A stretch of 64,000 nucleotides of DNA, taken from Candidatus Desulfaltia sp. GTDB lineage: Bacteria > Desulfobacterota > Desulfobacteria > Desulfobacterales > ETH-SRB1. A program made the position numbers and the translations under genes. Shown here in pieces: positions 19,962-30,425 of the stretch. The notes under the pieces were generated by a model. It was not told where the DNA came from. It searched no databases and saw only the letters and a program-made list of their open reading frames with translations. The stretch covers positions 70,536-134,535 of the forward strand of contig JAUSPN010000040.1 of assembly GCA_030656555.1 (NCBI GenBank), written 5' to 3'. How positions within the stretch are numbered: position 1 is the first letter of the stretch; the number at the start of each line of letters is the position of its first letter.

Positions 19962-21494
19962 TCATGGTGCCGGCAAACTAACCGGCATTCCCATCATCGG
20001 CCAGATCACGGCAACGCATAGAGCCACTACGGCCATCAGAAGGATGCTGGCAGGAATACCGTACAGGAAGAACTCGGCTGTGGTAAACTGCTTTGAATCA
20101 TAAGCAATGGCATTAGGAGCCGCACCCACCAGGAGCAGAAAGGGCATGCCCGCTGTTACCAGTGATGCAAACAGAACCACCTCGCCGGCCACTCCCAGAT
20201 AAGGAGCAATAACCAGAGCCACCGGAAGTGAAATTGCGATGGCAGCCACATTCATGATAAAGTTTGTCATAATCATCACAAAAAAAGCAATCCCCAGAAT
20301 AAATACAAAACCAGGTGCATTCTGAAACATCACCAGCCAGTTTACCGCCATCCATTTAGCCGCGCCTGTTTCCCACAGGCAAAAACCGATGCTCATTGCT
20401 CCGCCGAAAAGGAGAATAATGTTCCAGGGCAGCTCCTCCAGGTCTTGACGATCAAGAACCTTTGCAATGAAAAAGATGACGGTTGCAAGCAATATAATAG
20501 CTGTCTTGTCATATGCTTTTAATGTTGGGATAAACGACCGCAGGCCGAGGGCGATGACCACCAGAGAGACAATGGTTATAGCGAGGATTTCACCTTTACT
20601 CATCTTCCCCAATTCAGCACACAGTTTTTTAGCTTTTTCCTTGAGACCGGGGATTACCTTTTTCTCCGGTTTAAAAAAGACCATGAAAAAACCCCACAAA
20701 GCAAAGACCATTATCCACCCGGGAACCATCATGTAATAGGTCAGTTGAAAAAAGGTTATATCCTTTCCCATGATATCGTTAAAGAAGCCGACGGCCACAG
20801 CGCCGCGTGCCGCGCCCAAAAGAGTAACAATGCTCGCTGCTCCTGCCACATAAGCCATACCTATAAAAAGTCCCTTGGCAAACCTGGTCGGCTTTTCCTC
20901 GTTGACTCCATACAATACATTTATAGACATAAGGAGGGGGAATATTGTTGCGGCTACTGCGGTGTGGGCCATGATATGGCAAAGAGCTGCCGTCACAAAA
21001 AACGAGCCGAGATAGATCATGCTGGTCTTTTCTCCAACAATACTCAGCATCTTGTATGCCATGCGTTTGGTAAGGCCCGTCTTCGTAAAGACCATGCCGA
21101 TAATAACCGAGCCAAAGATAAACCCAACCGAGGGATCCATGAAATCCCTAAAGGCTACTTTAGCTGGTCTGATCAGAAACAGGGCTTGTAATACGCCTAT
21201 CATAATGCTGGTTATACCAATCGGCACGACCTCAAATACCCACCAGGTACCGGCCAGCAAAAAGACAGCTATCGCCCCCTTGGCTGCTTTGTCCAGCTGG
21301 AAATGTGCTCCCACAGGGTCCACGGCATCCGGCCATTGCGGAGAATAATAGACAATTAGAAACAGAGCAATCCCTATCCCCATAAAAAGCAGACGCTGCC
21401 AGTCCAGCCTCGCCTTTTTTGGAGAAAGGACTATCTCGTCAGGCATCTCTGGGAGGCCCGGCCTTGTAGCAATAGGTTTCTTCTTCTCAACCAT
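19962..21494 (-). CDS. Anion permease of the ArsB/NhaD-DASS (SLC13-like) superfamily
   Basis: 510 aa with ~12 or more TM helices. A GAAPNAIAY hairpin-type motif lies near the C terminus. Confidence 0.7.
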   Translation of the reverse strand: MVEKKKPIATRPGLPEMPDEIVLSPKKARLDWQRLLFMGIGIALFLIVYYSPQWPDAVDPVGAHFQLDKAAKGAIAVFLLAGTWWVFEVVPIGITSIMIGVLQALFLIRPAKVAFRDFMDPSVGFIFGSVIIGMVFTKTGLTKRMAYKMLSIVGEKTSMIYLGSFFVTAALCHIMAHTAVAATIFPLLMSINVLYGVNEEKPTRFAKGLFIGMAYVAGAASIVTLLGAARGAVAVGFFNDIMGKDITFFQLTYYMMVPGWIMVFALWGFFMVFFKPEKKVIPGLKEKAKKLCAELGKMSKGEILAITIVSLVVIALGLRSFIPTLKAYDKTAIILLATVIFFIAKVLDRQDLEELPWNIILLFGGAMSIGFCLWETGAAKWMAVNWLVMFQNAPGFVFILGIAFFVMIMTNFIMNVAAIAISLPVALVIAPYLGVAGEVVLFASLVTAGMPFLLLVGAAPNAIAYDSKQFTTAEFFLYGIPASILLMAVVALCVAVIWPMMGMPVSLPAP

Positions 21495-21506
21495 TTCGCA
21501 CCCCCC

Positions 21507-22031
21507 TTACTCTACTATAATTTTGGTCAGCTCATTAAAAACGTCACTCATACGAAGAACTCCTCCAACATTCTCACCATCCATCACAGGGATCAGGTTG
21601 ACGTCTGCATGAAGCATGACAAAGGCTGCTTTGGCAACAGAATCATTAATGTCAACCGTAGCCCTAATCGGGATCATGACCTCACTTACCGGCCTTTTTG
21701 CCTCTTTTTTACACCCTTCAGAGAAAGCACCTTCAACAAGGGTCGCAAGACCTGCATAATCATCGTGTGCAATGCCCTGGTAAGAGGATTTTTCGTCCTT
21801 TCTAAGAAATCTTGGCTCAATCCCTGCGAGAAGTCTTTTGAGTGTCAAGACGCCCAGAAGTTGATACCTTTCATCAAACACCAAAACCATGCGGTGTACT
21901 ATCATGCCCGATGTTGCATTATAAGTACTGCGAATCAAGAAAATAGCATCCCTCATGCTCATCCAATACGGAATATGCGGATACTCGGTTATTTCAACCA
22001 TGAGATCCCTGACTTTCTTGGCATTTGACAT
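21507..22031 (-). CDS. CBS-pair domain protein
   Basis: 174 aa with two CBS motifs (LVFDERYQLLGVLTLKRLL and LIPVMDGENVGGVLRMSDV). The RBS is AAGGAGG. It ends 12 nt upstream of the permease gene. Confidence 0.8.
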   Translation of the reverse strand: MSNAKKVRDLMVEITEYPHIPYWMSMRDAIFLIRSTYNATSGMIVHRMVLVFDERYQLLGVLTLKRLLAGIEPRFLRKDEKSSYQGIAHDDYAGLATLVEGAFSEGCKKEAKRPVSEVMIPIRATVDINDSVAKAAFVMLHADVNLIPVMDGENVGGVLRMSDVFNELTKIIVE

Positions 22032-22517
22032 GTCGTACCTCCTTACTTTTAGCCTTAATTAATCTCACAAGCCTCAGAATCGGACAAGTGGTTTAAGATA
22101 TCACTTGCTGCGTTTACACATTGAGAGACCCTTGAAAAATGTTCGATTTTATGAAGCTCCCCTTGACCCCGCCCTAAAGGACGGGGCTTGCGGGGAGCAA
22201 TTGCGGCGGGGAGCTTCAATGTTTCGAGGATTAAAGTTTGAGCCTGACGCAGATTTTGGGCAAAAAAGGGTGTTTTGCAAAGGTCTCTCATTTAGGGTAT
22301 TGACAAGGTCTGTTAAATTCCAATCTCTACGAGAAGTTGCGATTTTTTTTAGTAACAAGAGGCATTTATAATGTCAAGACAAAAACTAAAGACATCAGGG
22401 AACCGTCAAGTCGATGCAGACACCAGCACATCACGATCCAAAGGGTCTGCTGAACGGGTTCTGGAAGGGTATTACAATGTTTACATTCGCGCGCATGGAA
22501 GTTACTGTCCATTTTTA

Positions 22518-22546
22518 TTGACATATTGTCCTGTTTTGCTAATAAT
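22518..22546 (+). promoter_or_regulatory. Candidate sigma-70 promoter for the 22586 kinase
   Basis: TTGACA (22518-22523), 17-nt spacer, AATAAT (22541-22546), 40 nt upstream of the ATG. Confidence 0.4.
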
Positions 22547-22585
22547 CTAAAAGAAAAAGGTTCAGGTTCCTGAGATAAATTTGAC

Positions 22586-24247
22586 ATGAAAAATGTACGT
22601 TATATAAAACTTCAAAGAAAAATTATTGCAATAACGCTGCTGGTTGCCCTTACCCCCCTTATCATTCTTGGCGCAACGATTTATTTCCAGTTTACCGTAA
22701 TGTATAAGGATAAAATCGAGGAACAGATAAAATACCGGTCGAGTGCTCACGCAAAATCAATCGGTCTTTTTTTAAAGGAACGAACCGCCATCTTATCTGC
22801 CATGGCCGACACCCATACCCTTCAAGAGCTGATGGATAAAAATAATTTGTTGCGCATATTTAAGATTATGAACACCAGAGCAGGAGCTTTTGTTGATCTG
22901 GGAGTCATTGATAATAAAGGTTTGCATCGTTCCTATGTGGGACCATATGAACTAACCGGCCTAAACTATTATAAGCAGCCATGGTTTGCGGAAGTTATGA
23001 ATAAGGATGTTTACATTAGCGATGTATATATGGGCTACAGACAACTTCCTCATTTTATTATTGCTGTTAGGCGACAGGAAGGTCTTAAAAGCTGGATCCT
23101 TAGAGCAACTATCGATTCCGATATTTTTGAAGGAATCGTACGCTCAGCCCAGGTCGGGAAAACAGGGGATGCTTATGTTATTAATAAGGATGGCTTGTTC
23201 CAAACGCGTCCGCGTTTTAAAGGAGGGATATTATCTGAATCGAATTTGGATACAACCCTGTTCGGAGGGACAACTACGGTTAACAAACCGATAAATGATA
23301 CTGGGATGAAACGTCTCTACGCCGGAAGCTGGTTGAAAAACGACAAATGGCTTTTCATCGTTAGTCAGGATGTGTCTGAGGAAATGAGTGGGCTGTTTGC
23401 AACCCGGAATTTGGAAATTACAATAATTGTTTTAGGTATATTGGGGATTGTCATTGCAACTGTTTTTACTACCCGTATGACAGTTACTCATTTAGAAGAA
23501 ACTGACGCAAAAATGAATGAACTCAATGCGCAGCTTAGTCATTCAGATAAATTAGCGGCATTGGGCAAATTATCGGCAAGCATAGCACATGAGATTAACA
23601 ACCCCCTGGCCGTTATTTTACAAAAAACCGGATGGATGGAAGACCTTTTGGATGAAGAAGAGTTTCGACAAAGCAAAAATTTTGAAGAATTCAAGATATC
23701 CATCAAAAAGATAGAGGAACATGTGGAACGGGCTCGAAGAGTTGTCCATAATATGCTCGGTTATGTACGCAAAATGGAGCCTTGCTTAGAAGATGTAGAC
23801 ATAAACAAGACTATTGAGCAAACCATTGTTATTTTAAAAAATTTTGCAGGTATTAACAATATCGAAATTAAGACGGATCTTTCCACTGATCTTCCAATCA
23901 TTTCCGGAGATCAGGCCCGGTTTCAGCAGGTGTTTTTGAACCTCATATCAAATGCCATAGATGCTATAGGCAAAGATGGTTTGATAGAGGTGAAAAGTCG
24001 AAAAGTTAATTCGCGCATTAACGTCAGCATAATGGATAATGGTCCGGGCATTGCCGAAGAAATGCAGAGCAAGATATTCGACCCTTTTATTACATCAAAA
24101 GAGCAGGGCAAGGGAACAGGCCTTGGATTGTGGGTCAGCTATAATATAATGGATAAATTGGGAGGAGCCATTACACTGGAAAGCAAGGTGGGGAAAGGAG
24201 CTGTTTTTACAGTGCAAATTCCGATCGTATATCCGGAGAAAAAATAG
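22586..24247 (+). CDS. Sensor histidine kinase with Cache-like domain (family 1)
   Basis: YISDVYMGYRQLPHFIIAV; H-box [11 protein letters not shown]; HATPase motifs DNGPGI / GTGLGLW. Confidence 0.9.
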   Translation: MKNVRYIKLQRKIIAITLLVALTPLIILGATIYFQFTVMYKDKIEEQIKYRSSAHAKSIGLFLKERTAILSAMADTHTLQELMDKNNLLRIFKIMNTRAGAFVDLGVIDNKGLHRSYVGPYELTGLNYYKQPWFAEVMNKDVYISDVYMGYRQLPHFIIAVRRQEGLKSWILRATIDSDIFEGIVRSAQVGKTGDAYVINKDGLFQTRPRFKGGILSESNLDTTLFGGTTTVNKPINDTGMKRLYAGSWLKNDKWLFIVSQDVSEEMSGLFATRNLEITIIVLGILGIVIATVFTTRMTVTHLEETDAKMNELNAQLSHSDKLAALGKLSASIAHEINNPLAVILQKTGWMEDLLDEEEFRQSKNFEEFKISIKKIEEHVERARRVVHNMLGYVRKMEPCLEDVDINKTIEQTIVILKNFAGINNIEIKTDLSTDLPIISGDQARFQQVFLNLISNAIDAIGKDGLIEVKSRKVNSRINVSIMDNGPGIAEEMQSKIFDPFITSKEQGKGTGLGLWVSYNIMDKLGGAITLESKVGKGAVFTVQIPIVYPEKK

Positions 24248-24278
24248 ATTTAGTTATAAAACGGAGGAAAATATATAA

Positions 24279-24710
24279 ATGCAACGCCCAAAAATATTAA
24301 TGGTGGATGACGAAGAAGATTTGATGAAGACATTAGTCAACCGACTTAATAAAAGAAACTTTAAAACAACCGGCGTTCTAAGCGGTGAAGAAGCCTTGGA
24401 AACCATTAAGAAAGATCCTTTTGATGTTGTTGTTTTAGATGTTAAGATGCGGGGAATAGACGGCATAGAAACCCTGCGGGAGCTGAAAAAGATCGATCCC
24501 GGAATTGAGGTTATTCTGCTTACCGGACATGCCTCTGTCGATGCAGCCCTGGATGGAATGAAATTGGGGGCATACGAGTTCCTCATGAAACCGTGTAAAA
24601 TTGAAGAATTGATTGAAAAAATCGACGGGGCATGGGAAGTTAAGACGGAAAGAGACAAAAGAATCCGTTTGGCTGAAATTAGAAAAACTAATGCGTCTGC
24701 AAAGCTATAA
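24279..24710 (+). CDS. Single-domain response regulator
   Basis: LMVDDEED, VLDVKMRGIDG and LMKPCKI motifs; 143 aa, the same length class as 6713. Confidence 0.9.
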   Translation: MQRPKILMVDDEEDLMKTLVNRLNKRNFKTTGVLSGEEALETIKKDPFDVVVLDVKMRGIDGIETLRELKKIDPGIEVILLTGHASVDAALDGMKLGAYEFLMKPCKIEELIEKIDGAWEVKTERDKRIRLAEIRKTNASAKL

Positions 24711-24768
24711 ACATGAGCCGCAAAAGCGAGCGCATTCCCCGCTGCTTGCGGCGGAGTGCTTCAATGCT

Positions 24769-27369
24769 TTATGAGACATGAAAATTGTAGTTTCTTTCCA
24801 GAAAAGCCTTTGCCATCTCCTCCACGCTGGCTTCGTTTCTCATAAGCATATCCATCTGTCGAGTAAATAAAAGCAACCGGCCGATCAGCTCCAGTTTTTC
24901 TTCAATCAAGGAAAGTTCCTGTTTTTGATAGCGGCTATTCACATTATCTCCCTTGACGTTTACAGAAAAGTCGAGTCCTTTAAGCATTACGGCTATTGAG
25001 CGCGCGCGCCGGTTTTTTCTGACATCATCTGCGGCGCCGCCCTTAAAGGAAAATGTAATATAATTTTTGGTAATACTCTCGCTGCAATATGAATCAAGAA
25101 CACTGTAATGGTATCCAACCCTGGAGCTGAAATTGATATACCTGTCTGAAATAATCGCGTAGCTCCTATCGCCGAATCTCTGCCCTGTATTCAATGGAGG
25201 CGCCAACATCTGCCGGCTCATTACCGACATAAGACCTTTAAAATGGACCGGCTTTGGCTCGCGCCAATCCAATTCTTTATGCGTCATCCCTTTAAGAAGA
25301 GCCTTAAGGGGGAGCGAGGAGATATTATCGATCGTAACCTTCTTTACACCTCTTGTTACCCCTGTAAGGCCTCCTTCCAGATCGATTATATGAAGGTCTA
25401 TAGGAATGCGCGCATCCAGCTTAACCGCGCCTTCTCCCTTGTCTGAAATCAGATCGCTGATCTGAAACATCTCGGTGTAGGATACTTCGTGGACGAGCCG
25501 CATGATGTCATGAAGAGAGGTGCACGACTGCGGAGTAAAGTCCGGCGACTTGGGATTCAGAAGATGAAGCGGCAGGATCAGTTCGGCAACATTTCTTAAA
25601 GTCTGATATACAGGCGTACCTTTCATGTGTGTATCCCTGCTCATCTGGATAGACAGTAATTCCTTAACCCTGCCCTCATACACCCTTCCGGAATAGGCAT
25701 CCACCGTGATCTCTATTCCTTCGGGAATGTTTGTGAAAGCCGTTTGAGTACCCAATATGGAAGGAACTGCAAATTCTCTGGTCAGAGACGCCATGTGCCC
25801 CAGAACACTGCCTGAATCTGTAATAATAGCCTGGGCCTTTTTCATGACGATTCCGAATTTCGGGGTCGAATGCCTGGCCACAAGAACAGCGCCTTCGGGA
25901 AAATTTAAGAGATCTTCTTCCGAGCGTATATGAAAGGCCGGGCCAAATCCCACGCCCGGAAAGGCCACCGACCCATTTTCTATCAACACATTATAACCGG
26001 TAAGCCTGGGTATGGACTTTTTGAAACTGTCTTTTTCAAGATGAAGCGGCCTGGTTTGCAGCATGATAAGCCGGCCATTGCCGTCGAGTGTCCATTCCAT
26101 ATCCTGGGGACACCCAAAGTGGGTTTCCAGTTTAACGGCATATCCGGCAAGGGTGCGGATATGCTCCGGCAAAAGACATGCTTTATCCTGTTTGTCTTTT
26201 GGCACAGAGATTTCAATAAGTCCGCCATCAGGATTGCTCACCAATTGAACAGGCTTATTGGAAATTCTGGTTTCAATAATATTAAGATCCTTGTCTTTGG
26301 AAACCGTGTAAGTATCCGGTGTTATTACTCCGTCAACTGCATACGGCCCCAGGCCCCATACAGCGCTGATGATGATATTGTTTTCCAGTATATTAAAGGG
26401 ATGCCGCGAGTACATAACGCCGCTGGCTATCGATTCAATCATTTGAAGACAGGCCACGCTCATTGCGGTGTCTTCATCCCGCATCCCTTTGTTAAGGCGA
26501 TACGATATAGCCCGTGGTGTATACAGGCTGGCAGCAATATATTGATAGGTTTTGACCAGCTTGTCAGGAGGAACGTTTAATGATGTTAAGTATTGACCGG
26601 CATAAGAAATTTCGCTGTCCTCTCCTATTGCGCTGCTTCGCATGCATACCCGTGGCAAAGATCCGTCATGCCCATCCTGCCTTATTTCTTCGGCTATTTT
26701 ATCGTAAGCCGACAGAATGCCCTTTTCTACCTCCGGAGGAACCTGCGACATGATAATCAGCTTTTCAATTTCCTCACTGACACTATTTACCGTTTCCTGG
26801 TCGTTTGGATCCAAACCCATTTGTCTCTTCTTGATCTTATCAACAAGATCATTATGGCTCAGGAAGGCTTCAAAAGCATATGTTGTTATGGCAAATCCTT
26901 TGGGTATGGGCAGGTTCACGCGATTGCACATCTCACCCAGGTTAGCGTTCTTCCCTCCTACCCAATCGACCATATCCTTGTTCACCTCAGTATAAAACAA
27001 GATCGGTTTGGCAGGGGCTATCTCCTTCTTTTTACCCAGCTCCTCTTTGATTTTTTCATTGATTTTTGTAAGTATATCGTACAACAGGGCATACCGGTTG
27101 TTTGAAAGGGCATTTAAACTCTTAACCATACGGTTGGTATGAAAGACAGCACGTGTGGAATTTGCCCTTATATAAGACATCCCAAAAACCTGCCGGCCTT
27201 CCATCTTTTCTTCAATATCCGAGATAATGTTTAATACTTCGCTGTTGGAAGCCAACAACTCCTTAAACATGGAATATTTAGTCCGAAAGATATCGGATAG
27301 TTCCTCTTCATTTTGAGTTTTCGACCTGCGAAACAGCCGGTTGCCGAATATTTTTAGCTTTTTAAACAT
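24769..27369 (-). CDS. PpsA-like protein, paralog of 17201..19750
   Basis: VGGKNANLGE and GSVLGHMASLTREFAVPS are present. The C-terminal ~280 aa align with the other copy (NY..F.FKGG.A....R..RAR). Confidence 0.85.
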   Translation of the reverse strand: MFKKLKIFGNRLFRRSKTQNEEELSDIFRTKYSMFKELLASNSEVLNIISDIEEKMEGRQVFGMSYIRANSTRAVFHTNRMVKSLNALSNNRYALLYDILTKINEKIKEELGKKKEIAPAKPILFYTEVNKDMVDWVGGKNANLGEMCNRVNLPIPKGFAITTYAFEAFLSHNDLVDKIKKRQMGLDPNDQETVNSVSEEIEKLIIMSQVPPEVEKGILSAYDKIAEEIRQDGHDGSLPRVCMRSSAIGEDSEISYAGQYLTSLNVPPDKLVKTYQYIAASLYTPRAISYRLNKGMRDEDTAMSVACLQMIESIASGVMYSRHPFNILENNIIISAVWGLGPYAVDGVITPDTYTVSKDKDLNIIETRISNKPVQLVSNPDGGLIEISVPKDKQDKACLLPEHIRTLAGYAVKLETHFGCPQDMEWTLDGNGRLIMLQTRPLHLEKDSFKKSIPRLTGYNVLIENGSVAFPGVGFGPAFHIRSEEDLLNFPEGAVLVARHSTPKFGIVMKKAQAIITDSGSVLGHMASLTREFAVPSILGTQTAFTNIPEGIEITVDAYSGRVYEGRVKELLSIQMSRDTHMKGTPVYQTLRNVAELILPLHLLNPKSPDFTPQSCTSLHDIMRLVHEVSYTEMFQISDLISDKGEGAVKLDARIPIDLHIIDLEGGLTGVTRGVKKVTIDNISSLPLKALLKGMTHKELDWREPKPVHFKGLMSVMSRQMLAPPLNTGQRFGDRSYAIISDRYINFSSRVGYHYSVLDSYCSESITKNYITFSFKGGAADDVRKNRRARSIAVMLKGLDFSVNVKGDNVNSRYQKQELSLIEEKLELIGRLLLFTRQMDMLMRNEASVEEMAKAFLERNYNFHVS

Positions 27370-27470
27370 AATTGATAATTATCCGGATTGGTTAGGTTCT
27401 GTGAACCCTTGAACCGTGAACATGGGTAGTTGAGTTTTCTGTTTTAATTTGTTGCGCAAAAACAGCGTTA

Positions 27471-29939
27471 TTATCCGGCTGAATCTCGCAATTTTGCGAG
27501 ACAATAGCGAGTAGCCGGACCACGCCCTGTTTTTTCCAGCAGGCCTCTGTTGGCCAGATCGTATAAATCATAAATAGCCGTACGTGATGGCAGATTTCCA
27601 ATAATTTCCTGGTATTGGGAACGGGTAATTTCACCCCTTTGCAGTATAAAAGGGAATGCCTTGGTCTGCCGCACATTCAAGCCGTGGGGAATTTGTTCAT
27701 TTTTAAGATTCTTTGTTTTAATATCGGTTTTTTGATATATTATATTATTTGATGAAAGCTTAACAGGTTCTTCCCCTCCTCCAAAATTTATATGATCCGC
27801 ATGTATAAGTTTTCCTTCAACCATAGCCACAGATCTGGTTACACAGTTCATTAGTTCACGGACATTGCCCGGCCAGTGATAGTTTTTCATCTTTTTCAAC
27901 GCCTCTTTGCTTAAACCAATATCCTCCTTGTTCATCAGACGGCCTGACTGCTTTAAAAAATAGTCTGTCAGAACAGGAATGTTTTCCTTGTGATCTCTTA
28001 AAGAGGGCGTATTAATTGTTAAGACCTCCAGTCGGTAGTACAAGTCTTTTCTGAAGAGGCCCTGCTCGATCAGTTCTTTTAAATCCACATTGGTTGCTGT
28101 GATCAGCCGAACGTTTACATCGATTTCATGATCGCTTCCAAGATGCCTGATCTTTCTAAGTGAAATCGCTCTCAAAAGAGACTGCTGGACCTTTGGCGAG
28201 GCTGATCCGATCTCGTCTAAAAAGAGTGTTCCGCCGTCGGCAGCCAAAAAAGCGCCTTTACGGTTTGATCTGGCTTCGGTAAAAGCTCCCTTTACATGCC
28301 CGAAAAGACTATCTGAAAGAAGGTTTTCATCCAGCGCCCCACAATTTATTGAAATAAAAGGTTTTTGACTGCGATGGCTGTGCCTGTGGATCGCCTCTGC
28401 AGTCAATTGTTTTCCGGTTCCGGTTTCCCCGACTATCAGGACATCGGCATCCACGGAAGCGGTCTTGATGATATTTGATTTCAGGGTTTCAATAGCGGTT
28501 CCAACACCTACAATCTCTTTGATCGCGTGAGACTGAAGACGTTTCTTAAGAGCATCAACCTCTTCTTCAAGCCTGGCTTTTTCTCTTTGTTTCTCTTTTT
28601 CAAGCATTTCGTCTTTAATGCGGATCTGCTTAATCTGGTTTCTTAAAGCACCAATCATTTTATTAATGGCATTTTTCAGGCTGATGGTTTCAACATCATA
28701 GTCCGGCAAATCGATTTCCTCTAATTTTCCTGTTTCCTCTATTTGACTTACCTTTGAAGCAAGATCAAGAATAGGTTTGGTAATAATGCGGCTCAAAATA
28801 AAGATCACTGTTGAGATGATAATAATGGTTGCAAGTGTCATGATAAGCATAACATCGATCTGTTTATATCCTGCCCAACGTGTAATATTGCTCATTTCTC
28901 TAAGAACAACCCCGCCGATTACAATGGAATTATAATTAGATGCAACATTGAAACGGATGGGGGCATAACCGTAGAAATGGAGATCGTTTGATGAATTGTT
29001 GTATTTTACAGGGCCGGTCATTTTTATCGTTCCAGGTTTTCCGTTGCCGACATCTTTTACCATTTTCCAGTAGTTTGTATGAGAAAATGCAGGTTTAAAT
29101 GGGGTTGCTGGAATATCGGCAGGCGGCTTTTTGACGGTATCCCGGGTGTCCTCAGAGTAAAACAGAATCAAACCGTTTTTATCAAATATATAAGCAAGTC
29201 TTGGTCTCTGTGTTCCGGTATGGCTGGGCATCAGGGACTCCGGAGAATTAATTGTGTATAATGTTTTCAGAAGACAATCAAAGTCTAAAGACAAAACAAT
29301 AAAACCTTTTGGTGAATTGTCTTTGTTAAAACATGGTGTTGCCAGTCTGATTATTCGGGTGATTCGGGCTGATTTGTTGCCGCTGCCCAAAACCGTTGCG
29401 CCCAAAGAATAATCTGCTTCTATGATGTTTGAAGTGCGGACCTCGTCTTTTTTTATCCTGCCGATACTGTTTAAAAAAATGAAAGGGTTTGGGCTGATTA
29501 AAGATATATGCTCGGCAGGGATAAGAGATATGTCGTTGTCAAAAGCCAGCGCAAAAATATGGTCTTTATCTTGTTGCGAGATATAAGCCAGTTCTTTATA
29601 TAAGCCCTTTCTTATATCTTTGCGAGATTTGAGAAAATCCAGGTATACCCTTTTTTCTATGGGACTTTGTGCCATGATCATAAGATCTTCTCTGCATTGC
29701 TTCAGCAAAACCTCAAACTCGCTTGCCATGGCAACCGTCTGGATGCGAATGTTTTCTTTGAGCGCTACATTTAAAAATTTGTTTGAAAACCAAGTGGTTA
29801 TATAACCAGTCAACAAAAGAATAATAACCACGCATGGAATCAATGTTATTAAAAGTTTTGTCCGCAACCGCCATGTTTGAAAAGCACGACGCACATGGGG
29901 AAGCTCGAACCTAAAGTATTCATGTTTGTAAATTCGCAT
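27471..29939 (-). CDS. Membrane-bound sigma-54 activator without receiver domain (TM - extracytoplasmic sensor - TM - HAMP/coiled coil - AAA+ - winged-helix-like C terminus)
   Basis: Walker A is GETGTGKQ, the loop is GAFTEA (variant of GAFTGA), and LFLDEIG is present. The C-terminal GEITRSQYQEII...RTAIYDLYDLANRGLLEKTGRGPATRYCL looks like a wHTH rather than a Fis-type HTH. Confidence 0.9.
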   Translation of the reverse strand: MRIYKHEYFRFELPHVRRAFQTWRLRTKLLITLIPCVVIILLLTGYITTWFSNKFLNVALKENIRIQTVAMASEFEVLLKQCREDLMIMAQSPIEKRVYLDFLKSRKDIRKGLYKELAYISQQDKDHIFALAFDNDISLIPAEHISLISPNPFIFLNSIGRIKKDEVRTSNIIEADYSLGATVLGSGNKSARITRIIRLATPCFNKDNSPKGFIVLSLDFDCLLKTLYTINSPESLMPSHTGTQRPRLAYIFDKNGLILFYSEDTRDTVKKPPADIPATPFKPAFSHTNYWKMVKDVGNGKPGTIKMTGPVKYNNSSNDLHFYGYAPIRFNVASNYNSIVIGGVVLREMSNITRWAGYKQIDVMLIMTLATIIIISTVIFILSRIITKPILDLASKVSQIEETGKLEEIDLPDYDVETISLKNAINKMIGALRNQIKQIRIKDEMLEKEKQREKARLEEEVDALKKRLQSHAIKEIVGVGTAIETLKSNIIKTASVDADVLIVGETGTGKQLTAEAIHRHSHRSQKPFISINCGALDENLLSDSLFGHVKGAFTEARSNRKGAFLAADGGTLFLDEIGSASPKVQQSLLRAISLRKIRHLGSDHEIDVNVRLITATNVDLKELIEQGLFRKDLYYRLEVLTINTPSLRDHKENIPVLTDYFLKQSGRLMNKEDIGLSKEALKKMKNYHWPGNVRELMNCVTRSVAMVEGKLIHADHINFGGGEEPVKLSSNNIIYQKTDIKTKNLKNEQIPHGLNVRQTKAFPFILQRGEITRSQYQEIIGNLPSRTAIYDLYDLANRGLLEKTGRGPATRYCLAKLRDSAG

Positions 29940-29964
29940 AGTATAAATCTTAAAAAAGATTAAG

Positions 29965-29980
29965 TGGCATACATTTTGCT
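29965..29980 (+). promoter_or_regulatory. Sigma-54 (-24/-12) promoter
   Basis: TGGCAT-acatt-TTGCT. It is divergent from the activator gene and starts only 25 nt from the activator's start codon. Confidence 0.8.
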
Positions 29981-30118
29981 GTTCTTAGGTTTAACATAAA
30001 TAATCGTGACTTAATCAATAATACATATATATCGCAAAATCAAGCAAAGAAAGGAGGAGATAATTTTTTTGTTCAACTTTTTATTATCAATTCATCAATT
30101 TTTAATGGAGGTATATTA

Positions 30119-30412
30119 ATGAAAACATTTCGTTATGGACTATTTGCCTTTATAACCATGGCCTGTCTGATGGTACCGGCTCTTGTCTTGGCCAGCGGAG
30201 CAAAGGCGGAAGCCCTGATCCATGTGGCGGATACCCGTCAACTTTCAGGTGCTTATCTATATTTTGCCAATCTGTATAATGAAAATCTGCTCATTTTTGG
30301 TGTATGGACGGTGGTGGTTATCACTGCCCTCGGTTCTGGTTTGGGATTTTTTATGGACATGCTCATGTCACATACAAGACTTGATCTTACAAGCCGCGAG
30401 ATAAGGGAATAA
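30119..30412 (+). CDS. Small exported/membrane protein
   Basis: 97 aa, with a signal-peptide-like N terminus (…LVLASGAKAEA) plus one TM segment. The RBS is GGAGG. Confidence 0.65.
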   Translation: MKTFRYGLFAFITMACLMVPALVLASGAKAEALIHVADTRQLSGAYLYFANLYNENLLIFGVWTVVVITALGSGLGFFMDMLMSHTRLDLTSREIRE

Positions 30413-30425
30413 GGAGGTCATTTTA

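Noticed and set aside
22055-22750. Cluster of 60-90-aa ORFs on both strands in the 22-kb divergent spacer.
   Set aside because: The ORFs overlap each other and are built from dispersed repeat sequence. There are no RBS or family motifs.
25930-26580. Long antisense ORFs inside recognisable genes. Examples are 25930..26580, 37314..37973, 30465..30962, 5390..5836, 20745..21191, 18032..18442, 60529..60978 and 62372..62881.
   Set aside because: Each lies wholly within a longer opposite-strand ORF that has clear domain motifs. Their translations are low-complexity with no recognisable motifs or RBS. They are shadow ORFs.
30069-30119. 16-codon TTG-initiated leader peptide (with an AGGAGG upstream) overlapping the start of the first module 2 gene.
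   Set aside because: It depends on a rare start codon, and the AGGAGG could be fortuitous in a purine-rich leader. No regulatory codon pattern is visible.
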